A stretch of DNA of 64,000 nt from Octopus bimaculoides. Lineage: Eukaryota. This document shows positions 26,440-38,866 of the stretch, in pieces (position 1 is the stretch's first letter; each line of letters begins with the position of its first letter). The stretch is from the NCBI RefSeq assembly GCF_001194135.2, contig NC_068984.1, positions 16,420,895 to 16,484,894 on the forward strand, written 5' to 3'. The translations under genes were made by a program, and so were the position numbers. The notes under the pieces are model-generated. The model was given only the letters and a program-made list of their open reading frames with translations. It made no database searches and was not told the DNA's origin.

Positions 26440-26643
26440 TGTTTCTGTGTTTGTCCCCCCAACATCGCTTGACAACCGATGCTGGTGTGTTTATGTCCCT
26501 GTAACTTAGCGGTTCGGCAAAAGAGACCTATAGAATAAGTAATAGGCTTACAAAGAATAAGTCCTGGGTCCGATTTGCTCGACTAAAGGCGGTGCTCGAG
26601 CATGGCCACAGTCAAATGACTGAAACAAGTAAAAGAGTAAGAT
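26214..26643 (+). mobile_element. SINE family B, complete reference copy
   Basis: A box TGGCTGTGTGG, B box GGTTCATTCCC, CORE-like ACCTTGGGCAAGTGTCTT, central (TA)n/(TG)n, tail ending GACTGAAACAAGTAAAAGAGTAA. Confidence 0.9.
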
Positions 26644-27059
26644 AACCGGAACTTATTACAACATATAGTCGGAATAGTGTATGGTCCTCTTGCTAGCGCT
26701 TGTCGTGAGATATTTGACTGGATATAGTTAAATAGCCACTGTTGCCAATACTGTGTGGCATAAGTATGGTACAAGCGTTTGCCACCATAATTCATTGATA
26801 GCATTACTTGTAACTCACAAAGTAATGCTACAAGTAATGCTATCTGTTGGAGTTTCGGCACTTTAGCTGCTATTTCTGAACTTCGGTATGTGGTGAAGCA
26901 ACTTTTGCTGACCCCTTAATTATGTTTATAAATGTATAAGAACTTTTAAATAAGTTCTTCACCGATAATGGTATTTTCATACCTAAGGGCTTGGTAAAAA
27001 TTATTAATTATTAATAAATTAATAAATTGATAATCTTTTACCCTTTTAATTGTAATAAT

Positions 27060-27128
<69 letters not shown>

Positions 27129-27533
27129 ATTTGAATATATACGATTATATTTTATCTACTATTTATGCATGTGAACTGCGAAGATTGGTGGTTAGCAAAT
27201 ATTGGCCAAAGATTGTACATAGAAGTCTTCTTCTTCTCTTTGAGATCATTTGCATCGACCTAGTTTCGCCGATGTTATCAATCTACCATATATCCATCCA
27301 GCGTTATAATGTATAAATCATTATTGATTACAACCGAGTTCCGAAAGCGGGAGCTAAATAAAATCTTATCCGTTAGGTTCACCACTTCAACTGAGAGAAG
27401 GAAATATGACTATTTGTATTTACACCCATACATATCCTTTGGCTGTATGTTAATTCCTGGCTTAGAACAGAAGGGGGATAGGATGGTGTATTAGAGCCAG
27501 TACGGTTTGGTAACATGAACCTTGCTTTCGCTA

Positions 27534-27791
27534 GGCTGTGTAATAAAGCTGTGTAATAAGAAGTTTGCTTCCCAACCTCATGGTTCCGGGTTCAGTCCCA
27601 TTACTTGGAACCTTGGGTAAGTGTCTTCGGGCCGAACAGAGCCTTATGAGTGGATTTGGTTGACGGAGACTGAAAGAAACCCGTCGTATATACATACATA
27701 CATACATACATACATACGTACGTACATACATACGTACACACACACACACACACACACACACANNNNNNNNNNNNNNNNNNNNNNNNNNNNN

Positions 27792-27839
<48 letters not shown>

Positions 27840-28044
27840 ATGTGAAACCCATAACCGTTTAACAACCGGTGTTGGTGTGTTTATGTCCCCGTAAACAGTT
27901 CGGCAAAAGAGACCGGTGGAATAAGCACCAGGCTTAACATAAAAACAGTAAGTACTGGGTCTATTAGTTCGACTAAAATTCTTCAAGACGATGCCCCAGC
28001 ATGGCCACAGTCGAATGAATGCAACAACTAAAAGATAAAAGATA
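27534..28044 (+). mobile_element. SINE family B with expanded central microsatellite
   Basis: Same head and tail as 26214; centre is (TACA)n(CA)n-gap-(TA)n. Confidence 0.8.
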
Positions 28045-29234
28045 ATTGTTTTTGATACTTACATAGACGCGAGCAGTCTCTCGACTTCCCCACCATTCGA
28101 TCCAGCGGCACAACCAGAATGCATCAGCTGGAGGAGGATAGAGTTGAACCAGTTTTCGGCTAATAATGATTTTCAGCAGTGTAGATTGGGGGCAACGTGA
28201 AAATATGTGCTTTCTTAAAGGACAAATCGCGCTACCCGGTCCTGGATTTGAACCTACGATATTACGATCACGAGCAGCCGAACACCCGAACCACTACTTC
28301 ATGTACCTTGACCGGGTAGTGTAATATTCATATATTTCTTATTGACAATAGCAACGTACATGAAGTGAAATAGTTTAATCAGCAATTCGGAGAAGTGACG
28401 GATTCAGATCGCCAATTTAATGTAATATATGTGAATGGGTTGTCATCCATAATGAAAGAAAAATGGAAAACGTAGACGATGTTCTCTTCTGTACATGCAC
28501 AATATTTCTGAGAAAAGAGACTTCATGCATTAACTTTGTTGATTCGGATCTGATTTCAAGCTCCAGTGCCTTGCAATGTCTTCATAGTTTACGGTTTTGT
28601 GACTACAACCATGCATAAATGAGCATTTGGAAATCATTGACAAATAGGAACAGAACTGAAAAATAAAAGTGTTGAAGACTGGGTTATTTTGCATTAACAT
28701 CTTTGTCTTTCTCTCTGTCGTGTCCTCTCTACATTCTTGGTATGTTTTTATGATACTAAATGTCTAACGAACAAAGACAATTATGTAAATATTGATTTCT
28801 TACAAAGGCCCAACGAATTGTTAGGCGGATAAGACTACGAAGACGAAACGCGCGTGCTTACACTCACGAAGACATTTATGAATCAACTGACCGAATATAC
28901 GCCATCTTGTAATTTGTTAGCTGCGAAATGCTGTGTCCTTTTGCAATGACGTCCATTCTAATAGTAAATGAGAAGTTCACTCCAGTGTTGTCAGTAACAG
29001 GAGTAATGAACAATAATAATAGTTGAAGGCTTCGATAATTTGTTAGCAATTGGAGTAATCTGTGAGAAACCACTTCACTGTATATTCAATCATTCTTCCT
29101 CGATGGTAGCTCAAAGAAATAATTGATTGCAAAATACATACGTATATTATGTATGTCCGTCAATAATTGCAATCACATATATATATAGACAGATAGAGAA
29201 AGAGAGAATTAAACATACATATATACATGCGCGC

Positions 29235-29284
<50 letters not shown>

Positions 29285-29728
29285 TTTTAATAAAAGAATG
29301 TCAAAGGAACGTTTGCTGGTGGCGTTATTCAGTACTGAGAGTAAAATCAAATGTTATGTGAAGACATGGCTGATAGAGTTTCGCATTTCGTCAGTCGGCT
29401 TAGTACAAAGCTTCAGTTGGTGTTCCAGTAAACTTGATCTTCTCAGACAGAAGATAAATAGGTATCATATTACATCATATATATGTATTATATATGTTAA
29501 TCATCATCATTATCCTCATAGCTGTTTTAATAGGTCTGTCGTTCATTTTTCCATGCTTACAAAGGTACTGTCACCAACGCTCAGATATTTCCAAAAAAAT
29601 TAATATTCTTCCATAACCGGAAACGGTTTCACAGAAGAATGGAAAAGAATGACACCACTTGTATGACAGTGATACTCGTTTACAACTATCACGTGATGTC
29701 AAGAAACTTACACAAAGACTCACACAAT

Positions 29729-29921
29729 AGGCGCAGGAGTGGATGTGTGGTAACTAGCTTGCTTGCCAACCACATGGTTCTGGGTTCAGTCCCACTGCGT
29801 AGCACCTTGGTTAAGTGTCTTCTACTATAGTAGAAGAGACTTGCCCAAGTTGCCACGCGGTGGGACTGAATCCGGAACCATGTGGTTGGGAAGCAAGCTT
29901 CTTACCACACAGCCACGCCTG
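29729..29921. repeat. Palindrome of two SINE-B heads joined at CTATAG
   Basis: Plus head 29729-29827 and minus head 29828-29921; centre TCTTCTACTATAGTAGAAGA is a perfect palindrome. Confidence 0.85.
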
Positions 29922-30827
29922 GGCTTATAGATACACGTACATGTATGTTCATATATATATATATATATATANNNNNNNNNNNNNNNNNNNNNNNNNNNNN
30001 NNNNNNNNNNNNNNNNNNNNNNNNNNNNNNNNNNNNNNNNNNNNNNNNNNNNNNNNNNNNNNNNNNNNNNNNNNNNNNNNNNNNNNNNNNNNNNNNNNNN
30101 NNNNNNNNNNNNNNNNNNNNNNNNNNNNNNNNNNNNNNNNNNNNNNNNNNNNNNNNNNNNNNNNNNNNNNNNNNNNNNNNNNNNNNNNNNNNNNNNNNNN
30201 NNNNNNNNNNNNNNNNNNNNNNNNNNNNNNNNNNNNNNNNNNNNNNNNNNNNNNNNNNNNNNNNNNNNNNNNNNNNNNNNNNNNNNNNNNNNNNNNNNNN
30301 NNNNNNNNNNNNNNNNNNNNNNNNNNNNNNNNNNNNNNNNNNNNNNNNNNNNNNNNNNNNNNNNNNNNNNNNNNNNNNNNNNNNNNNNNNNNNNNNNNNN
30401 NNNNNNNNNNNNNNNNNNNNNNNNNNNNNNNNNNNNNNNNNNNNNNNNNNNNNNNNNNNNNNNNNNNNNNNNNNNNNNNNNNNNNNNNNNNNNNNNNNNN
30501 NNNNNNNNNNNNNNNNNNNNNNNNNNNAGCATAGTAATTCATGAAGCAGAAGATTTCAAAGATTTTGTTTTGTACCATGTAATTCAATATATTATCGCTA
30601 ATGATATTTGTGTAGCGTTACAAACCATATAGCACCATGTTGATCTAATATTCACTGTATCTCAGAAGAAGAAAAAAAACACTCAGAGAATTCAGAAACA
30701 AAGATACGAGATGCATAGATTCAATAAGAGTGATTGGTAGAAATAGAATAGGGAAAAGAGCGAGAGGACAAAGAATAGCGAATGTAAAAGAGAATGACAA
30801 AGTGAGAGAGAAAGAGAGGGGGGACAG

Positions 30828-30880
<53 letters not shown>

Positions 30881-31018
30881 CAGCTGGACGTAAACATAAA
30901 AAATGTCAGTGTACGCTCACAAAATTCTTTGAGTAGATTTTCATGGAACTTCAGTTTGGTGTTGCTAATTCTATACCAGACTCTTATTCACTTTTCTAAC
31001 TCAGTATATCATATATAT

Positions 31019-31371
31019 GTGGAGGCGCAATGTCCCAGTGGTTAGGGCAGCAAACTCGCGGTCATAGGATCGCGGTTTCGATTCCCAGACCGGGCGTTGT
31101 GAGTGTTTATTGAGCGAAAACACCTAAAGCTCCACGAGGCTCCGGCAGGGGATGGTGGCGAACCCTGCTGTACTCTTCCACCACAACTTTCTCTCACTCT
31201 TACTTCCTATTTCTGTTATGTCTGTAATTCAAAGGGTCAGCCTTATCACACTGTGTCACGCTGAATATCCCCGAGAACTACGTTAAGGGTACACGTGTCC
31301 GTGTCTGTGGAGTGCTCAGCCACTTGCACGTTAATTTCACGAGCAGGCTGTTCCGTTGATCGGATCAACTG
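31019..31371 (+). mobile_element. SINE family C, 3' end lost in gap
   Basis: Matches 6539-6914 and 58653-59014. Confidence 0.9.
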
Positions 31372-31699
31372 NNNNNNNNNNNNNNNNNNNNNNNNNNNNN
31401 NNNNNNNNNNNNNNNNNNNNNNNNNNNNNNNNNNNNNNNNNNNNNNNNNNNNNNNNNNNNNNNNNNNNNNNNNNNNNNNNNNNNNNNNNNNNNNNNNNNN
31501 NNNNNNNNNNNNNNNNNNNNNNNNNNNNNNNNNNNNNNNNNNNNNNNNNNNNNNNNNNNNNNNNNNNNNNNNNNNNNNNNNNNNNNNNNNNNNNNNNNNN
31601 NNNNNNNNNNNNNNNNNNNNNNNNNNNNNNNNNNNNNNNNNNNNNNNNATATATATAGTAAAGTTTCTTTGTTTATTGTACAGGCAGTAGTTTGAAGTG

Positions 31700-32050
31700 C
31701 TCAGATAAAAAACCCGAAACGCAAAGGTATAAAAAAATGTTAAGGAGAATTTCAGATAGGTTCAACAATTTAAATAAACATATATTCTGCCGTGGATCGA
31801 TGTATATCAGTTTCTAAATATACTAATGTGTCACTCATTAAAACATGTTTAAAAATCTATGAATACATAAATATATAAAAATTTAATATACATATATAAA
31901 TAGATGAGTGAAATTGGATTATAAAAGTGTACGTGTATAAAAGTATAGATGTATAAAAATATATTTAGAATTGCAGTCTTATTAAAAGGCATTGTAGAAC
32001 GGCGTTGTAAAAATAATCTTAAAATAAAATATGCTCTTACAAAAAGGTGG
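31700..32050 (+). mobile_element. Inverted partial copy of the PLE linker region
   Basis: About 31755-32050 is the reverse complement of about 34757-35055 (roughly 85% identical by eye); reads KKMLRRISDRFNNLNKHIF.RGSM.ISF, like the PLE L.KIFNRN..K.SYS linker. Confidence 0.65.
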
Positions 32051-32177
32051 ATAAAATAATGTCGTCCGAAGTTCGAATAAATAAACAGTGTAACATTGAG
32101 ATTGGATTTTTCAGTAATCCAAGAGAATAATCCAAGAGAATAAGTAATCCTGTTTAGATAAACCGTTGGTGATAATC

Positions 32178-32267
32178 CTCTCACGGTCGTTTCAGGGGCA
32201 CAGTAATCCATAGATTTTAAGGGTATTTTCACTCCAAAAATTAGATACTGCCTCCTTCACCAGAGAG
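32178..32267 (-). ncRNA. Degenerate type-I hammerhead motif in PLE pseudo-LTR
   Basis: CTCT-CTGGTGA-AGGAGGCAGTA...TACTGTGCCCCT-GAAAC-GACC-GTG-AGAG. Stems I and II pair, but the core A6 and the cleavage triplet are mutated. Confidence 0.6.
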
Positions 32268-32300
32268 TGTATTATTCAGGATTCACATTTCGGGCAAATT

Positions 32301-34120
32301 ATCTTTAACTAACCACAAGGGTCTTGCACAGAGGGGACAGTACAAGGACGAACAAAACATAAAAATGAGGGAAATAAACAAACGGATGAAAAAGAAATGA
32401 AAAAATTAATGAAAGATGGAATGACAGCCACTCGGACCCCACATTCCGAACGACTTCATTGAACTCTTTTATAGTCTATTTTGGATGAGACAGTTCTCAT
32501 TTGAACCGTTTAAACAAATCATGTGACCTTACCATATCTTTTAGTTCAACTGTGTCTACTTCTTCCTCCAAATCACAGTCTTCCTTCCCAAACACCTCTC
32601 TGAGTTCTTGAATGGGCTCATTGTCAACGAGCACCCCACCCCATATGAGATAGTAATCCTCAGAAATGTCAATTTTTATCAGGTTGTTTATATTTTCAAG
32701 CTTTTTCACTAAGTCCTTGTTCTCTTTACTATATACCACAAAGGCTTTTTTTCCCACACGGGACGGTGATTGGGAGGTTTGCTGTTCATGTGTGCTGCCT
32801 CTTTTCTTTATAAGGGCAGGGTCAGCGTTTGGTGGGGAATGTCGAGGGCTGATGTCTGCAGGGGAAGGACAGGTTGGAGTAGGACAGGTTGGGGGTAGGA
32901 TGGGAACGGGTTGGGGATTTTTATCACTGGTGTGCATTCTCTTCTGCCGCCTTCTGTTTTTCTTTCTNNNNNNNNNNATCACTGGTGTGCATTCTCTTCT
33001 GCCGCCTTCTGTTCTTCTTTCTGTTAACCGCTGTCCACTCCTCCGTTATTTCCTCTTGTTCCCTCGGTCCGTGTATTCCTTCTGACTTCGACACTTCAAC
33101 AGGTGGAAGTTTGGTCTCCATCGGTGTAGTCATTGAAACTTTTACAGGGGGCAGAGAACACTCAACTCTTATGTGGCCTTTCTAGCCATACTTGAAACAC
33201 CTAAGCTTCCTGCCCTCCACCATTACCCTCAGTTTCCTATCACCCACCACCATGGTGTCCGTGATAGCATCTAGGTCTTCTGGTGTAACCTGGATGGCCA
33301 TTTCCAGGCCTTTCCTCAGCCAGTTCCTTTCTGGTATTCTCATCATCTTCTCCTCCAGGCCCAACACTATCGCCGTCGCTAACCAGGCAACATCCACCTC
33401 TGGTGGTAGCTCCTCCACCCTCACCCTGGAAGCCCGTCTTCCAAGGTAGGAGAGTAGGAGGATGATATTGTCCGAAGACAATGAGGCCACGGAGTGTTGC
33501 CTGGCCTTTTCCTCTGATGAGAAACTCACCTCCACCGTGGCATACTTGGCACCCCTGGCCAGGTAAGTTATTTCCAGCCAGATGGGTGCCAAACACTTCT
33601 CGATTTCTTTTCTCTCCGCAATCTCTACCTTTTTCTCTCTCTTTGAAAACGATTTGACTATCACTGATTTTCTTTGTTTCTTTCGTGACTTCACTGGAGG
33701 GGTCAGTACCACCTCGTACTCCTCCCTTTTCATTTGGTCTTTGTACATCTTAAACTCCCGCATATTAAAATTTATTCCTTCCTTCTTAACTCTGGTCATG
33801 TCCGCAAAACTTTTACCACTTTTCAAACTGGTTTCCCCTCCTCTTTTCACCAGCTCCTTCTGTATATTGATTAAACATCTCTCCATGTCGGACGTACTGA
33901 TATTATCATATTGCATTTTAATGGTTAAACAAGGCTTCCTCCTTCAAACAAGGAAGACAACGGCAACAGTCCCGCTCACCGAGAAAAACGAGGTGTTTTT
34001 AAAAACACAACAGTTCAACAATGTGACGCACGTAAAACAACAAGCAACTTACTAACTTTTCTGAAACACCACGTCCAACTCAAAAGTGAAAAGAACGAAT
34101 CTCAAGTAATTCACAATCTA
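32301..34120 (-). mobile_element. ORF1-only non-autonomous LINE derivative, ~1.8 kb
   Basis: 5' leader, gag-like ORF1 with zinc knuckle, no recognisable EN or RT, 3' tail TCCTTGTACTGTCCCCTCTGTGCAAGACCCTTGTGGTTAGTTAAAGATAA; candidate 17-bp TSD CACATTTCG(G/T)GCAA(A/T)TT at 32284-32300 and 34121-34137. Confidence 0.7.
32497..33916 (-). pseudogene. LINE ORF1 (RNA-binding/gag-like) with degenerate CCHC zinc knuckle
   Basis: The 244-aa ORF 33916-33182 ends LRVMVEGRKLRCFKYG*; reading through the TAG gives KGHIRVEC (C-x2-[C>Y]-x4-H-x4-C), then basic and Pro-rich segments and an acidic C-terminus to 32497. Confidence 0.75.
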
Positions 34121-35055
34121 CACATTTCGTGCAATTTTATACTTGGTAGATGAGATTTAGTTATATAGGAAGGTGCAATTGTCAACAGGAGTAGGAAATC
34201 TTATAACAGGAATTATGGGAAATGCAAGTTAGAAAATGTTATAAATGTTAAGCAGGTTAATAAGTGACCAATATGAGGTTACAAGATTGCAAGAGTATAG
34301 AAATTAATTGAAATATAGATAATTAAAGATTTAATGGTTAATTTATTGAGGTTTATCAAAATATTTAAATGTTGAACGGTATCTATGTTTACAGGAAAAA
34401 ATATAGCATCCGAGAACTTATTTAATGATGTAGACTCATACCGACGAAGAATGTTCATGGACTCTCTAATGCACAATTTACATACACGCGTAATTGTATT
34501 GTATGGGGGTGCTTGTGCTATTACAGATCAAGATAATGAGTATTGTATATTTTTTAGTTTAAGTTCTTGTATATACGAACTGGCGTTGTAGAAGATTTAT
34601 ATTTTACGTCAGTCAAAGAGTTCAAATGGGCCCTATATTGACGCTTAATGTCTACTGTGTTTCCTATATAAACTCTTACCCTCTGTGTGGCAGGGATTTC
34701 CACAGAACACCTATATACTACGTTATTACATAAACAGGATCTGGCTAGCGGACACGACACCTTTTTGTAAGAGCATATATTATTCTTAAATAATTTTTAC
34801 AACACCGTTCTACAACACCTTTTAATATGACAGCAATTCTAAATATATTTTTATACTTCCATACGTTTATGCATCTACACTTTTATAACCTATTTTCACT
34901 CATCTATTTATATATGCATATTAAATTTTAATATATTTATGTATTCATAGATTTTTAATGTTTTAATATTTTAACGACTGATACATTAGTATATTTAGAA
35001 ACTGATATTCATCGATTTACGGCAGAATATATGTTTATTTAAATTGTTGAACCTA
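34121..35055 (-). mobile_element. Penelope-like element 3' part with C-terminal GIY-YIG endonuclease (continues at 32283-32050 beyond the nested insert)
   Basis: CPLARSCLCNNVVYRCSV...RVYIGNTVDIKRQYRAHLNSL...SSTT then WSVIAQAPPYNTITRVCKLCIRES..LNK: a GIY-YIG fold with CxxC tail, followed by a hammerhead pLTR. Confidence 0.8.
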
Positions 35056-35373
35056 ACGTTTATATAGATATAGCCTCATCTTTTCGATTTCAATTACCAA
35101 ATATTTTATATTTCCTGAGCTATCATTATTGTTGCTATTGTGGTTGTTGTTTAAAGCAATTTGATTGGGCCTCATGAGACTTCTTGCGGAAATCTAGTTC
35201 GTTGAACTGAGTTAAACGTATTCAGAAACGTTTTTATGTTACGTTTCAAGTAACCTTACAATCATATTGGCTTTTGTTTTATTTATTTTCGTCTTTACTG
35301 AAGTAAAATTTATTTTAAAAAAAAACAATTTAATAAGGTTATTTTTTAATTTTTTGTTATATATCGTTCTACA

Positions 35374-35570
35374 AAGCGGCGAGCTGGCAGACCCGTTAGC
35401 TCACCGGGCAAAATGCTTAACGACATTTCGTTCTTCTTTACGTTGAGTTCAAATTCCGCCGAGGTCGACTTTGCTGTTCATCTTTACGGGGTCGATTAGA
35501 TAAGTACCATTTGAGATCTGGAATCGATGTAATCGACTTTTTCCCCTCCCACCGAAATTTGAGGCCATTA
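35374..35570 (+). mobile_element. SINE family A
   Basis: GCGGCGAGCTGGCAGA head; CCGCCGAGGTCGACTTTGC core. Further decayed A copies at about 36310-36480 (-), 36650-36810 (+) and 42460-42650 (+). Confidence 0.8.
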
Positions 35571-36821
35571 TATATCTTCTATCAAACACCAAAGCCTTTA
35601 AAAAAAACTAGAGGTACGCCTTCATTTAAACGTAGATTTTTATAACTCCGCCTTTACGTTTTGTATTATCCCACCTTCTTTTTAAATGTTTTTCAGATTC
35701 TTATAGTTTCAACATTAAAGATTCAAACTCCGCACTTTTCTGTTACTTCTTCTAAATCAATGCCAAAAGTACTTTTAGAAAATCAATAAGAAGGAATCCG
35801 AATGTAATGCTTTATAAAAATATTTATATATTAATTACATGGATAATGAAGCGCATATATTTCAAATAGCTGTATTAGTTTTCAAAGTAATGGCAATAAT
35901 GTGCATTCCATAATAATAGCTTAAACTGCTGTTGCTTCAATTTATTAAGGATGAAAATGTAATTATAAATGCAAACAAGATGTATTTATACATTTTCAAT
36001 GCAAACGAAGTATTTTTATCCGCAAAACAAAGTACTTTTTAAGATACATCAACATAACTTAAAAAACTAAAATAGAAATAACAAAAAATTAAATAACGCT
36101 AATCAGTTTCTAGTTTTATAAATAATCTTTTAAAAAATTTTCTTGCAGATTTTGAATCTCTGATATTTAAAACAAACTGGTTGACTATTTCCAATTTTTT
36201 TCTTTCTTAAAAATAAAAAAAAAAGCGCGTAGTTGATATTTGAATTAAAAAGTGCAAACAATAATGTTGAAATGGTTTCTGATTTAGGTCTAAGGTTAGC
36301 AGCTTTAAGGGAAGAAGGTTAGCCAATGTCATCGACTCCAGTACTTGACGGGTTCTTTATTTTATCAATCTCAGGAAGATTGACTTTGTTGAGCTGAACT
36401 CTGAACGTGACGAATATATAGATCAAATCCCGTGAAGCATTTTTTTCAAAACACGATTCTATCAGCTTGCGGCCTTTCAACAATATATTAATATAATACT
36501 GCAAAATTATTACATATGTTCAATATAATGCATTTATCTGGATTTTTGCAGTTGATGGATACGTCATGTATCCCGGAGAATATCTACGTGTGCAAATACT
36601 TCGTATTCTATGTTATAACCAATCTTGCATTATAGGAAAATCCCAAAGATAGTAGGCTAGCAAAATCGTTAGGGCGTTGGACAAAATGTTTGCAGTACTT
36701 GTACAGGGTTCACTTCCTTTCGGGGTTAACTTTGCCTTTCGTTCTTTCGGGTTCGATTAATTACAAGTCAAGTACTGGAATCGATGGTATCGACTAACCC
36801 CCCACCACTACCACCAACAAA

Positions 36822-36872
<51 letters not shown>

Positions 36873-36989
36873 CTCTCAAAATTATTGAACTTATGCTTAA
36901 AGCGGAAATCGTTATCAGAAAATCCTCTGAAAATTATTGGTTTGCAATTATTGTTTATTAGATATATTTGAGCTTGTCTCACTACACAA

Positions 36990-37175
36990 TATTTATTTGA
37001 AAAACTTATCCAATTTGCTTTTATACTGCTCACGTTCATAAATAAACTGCCCAGGCTCATGTTGCTTTTGAGATTCTGTTGTACGCCACGACGATGTACT
37101 CTTAGAACTTCTCACATCTGAAGAGTTTCTGATATTCTTTCTTCTACATGTAATATAATACATTCTCTCCCCCTT

Positions 37176-37236
<61 letters not shown>

Positions 37237-37390
37237 CATCAGTGTCAGCTTAAACAATATTTCCGACACTGTCAACGTAGCTTCTACTTCAACTTTGTCA
37301 TCAGTAATCAACCAATTTTCAAACTCTTCTTTTTTGTACATTGCTTTTGGGTTCGGTTGCCAAACATTTAGTTCCATACTAACAAAAGGT
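36990..37390 (-). pseudogene. Possible Tigger/pogo transposase C-terminal relic split by (CT)n
   Basis: EEFENWLITDDKVEVEATLTVSEI and terminal KSKLDKFFK* resemble the Tigger E-W..D..LTDEEI and Q.KLD.FF motifs. Confidence 0.4.
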
Positions 37391-37596
37391 GTCTTTGGTT
37401 ACATTAGAAAATCAGTCTGTTTTTATAAAACAAGCAAATAAGTGAGNNNNNNNNNNNNNNNNNNNNNNNNNNNNNNNNNNNNNNNNNNNNNNNNNNNNNN
37501 NNNNNNNNNNNNNNNNNNNNNNNNNNNNNNNNNNNNNNNNNNNNNNNNNNNNNNNNNNNNNNNNNATATATATATATATATATATATAATATACAT

Positions 37597-38035
37597 ATAT
37601 ACGACGGGCTTCTTTCAGTTTCTGTCTACCAAATCCACTCACAAGGTTTTGGTCGGCCCGAAGCTATAGTTGAAGACACTTGCCCAAGGTGCCACGCAGT
37701 GGGACTGAACCCGGAACCATGTGTTTTGTAAGCAAGCTACTTACCACACAGCCGCTCCTGTGCCTATATGTATGCATGTAGGTATGTATGTATGTATGTA
37801 TGTATGTATGTATGTGTAAATGTGTGTCCTCCACCACCTCTTACCAATCCATGTTCATTTGATTATGTCCCCGTAACATAGCGGTTCAGTAAAATTTAAC
37901 GATAGAATAAGTACTAGCCTTTAAAAAAATAAGTACTGCGGTCGATTTGTTCAGCTGAACCCTTCAAGGCAGTGTGCCCTAACATGACCGCAGCCGAATG
38001 ACCGAAATTAGTAAAGAAAAATGACGATTTTAAAA
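37597..38035. mobile_element. Two SINE-B half copies in opposite orientation (head on - at 37597-37765; tail on + at 37820-38035)
   Basis: Direct match to the two halves of 26214-26643. Confidence 0.7.
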
Positions 38036-38586
38036 AATCATCTTCTCTGAGACTTCCATGATATTGCTTGCATAAACAATGAAGCGAGAAAGGAAATCCG
38101 TTTTGAAATTGCGTTTGTATCAGATTCATTTTATATCAGATTCGTTTTAAATATCACCGAGATTGGTTTAAATTCTTGTACAAATTCCTCTTCGATAATA
38201 ATTCTTTAAAGGTCGTATGTTGCCATGGTCACACTGTTGAATTAATGATGTGTCTGAAAGCAAGAAAATTGCTTTGATGTTTGTTTGGTTTGATTTGGTT
38301 TGGTTTGGTTTTTGTCTTTTAATAACAAATTACTTGTGCATGCCGTACAACTGCCAACTAACAAGATAATTTTTGCTTTAATTCCAACTCCTACATAAGT
38401 AACCATTTGTTAAAAATAACTCAAGTCATGAATCTAATTCCACTGGAACCGTAATAAATTGGTAAACTATTATTAACAGTCTTAAACACCGAAAATGTTA
38501 AACATCGAAAATGTTAAACACCGAAAATGTTCTCGCATTTTCTAATCACTGGAAGCTTTCGTTTCTGTCGCATGACACCGTTTATG

Positions 38587-38813
38587 TTTTACTTGTTTCA
38601 GTAATTGGATTGTGGCCATTCTGGAGTGCCGTATTAAAGAATTTACTTTTTAATTCTGGTTCTTATTCTCGGCCCCAGGATTTATTCTTTGTAAGCCTAG
38701 TACTTATTCTATCGGTAACTTTTGCCGAACCTCTAAGTTACGGGGACGTAAACACGCCAGCATCGGTTGTCAAGCGATGTTGGGAGGACAAACAGACATA
38801 CAAGCATACATAC

Positions 38814-38866
<53 letters not shown>

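Noticed and set aside
26583-26861. ORF resembling a neuropeptide precursor (hydrophobic N-terminus, GGKR)
   Set aside because: Starts at GTG, the hydrophobic stretch is produced by the 26797-26844 inverted repeat, and the 3' end runs into a SINE tail.
32923-33012. 35-bp direct repeat inside ORF1
   Set aside because: The copies flank a 10-N gap, typical of unmerged contig overlap.
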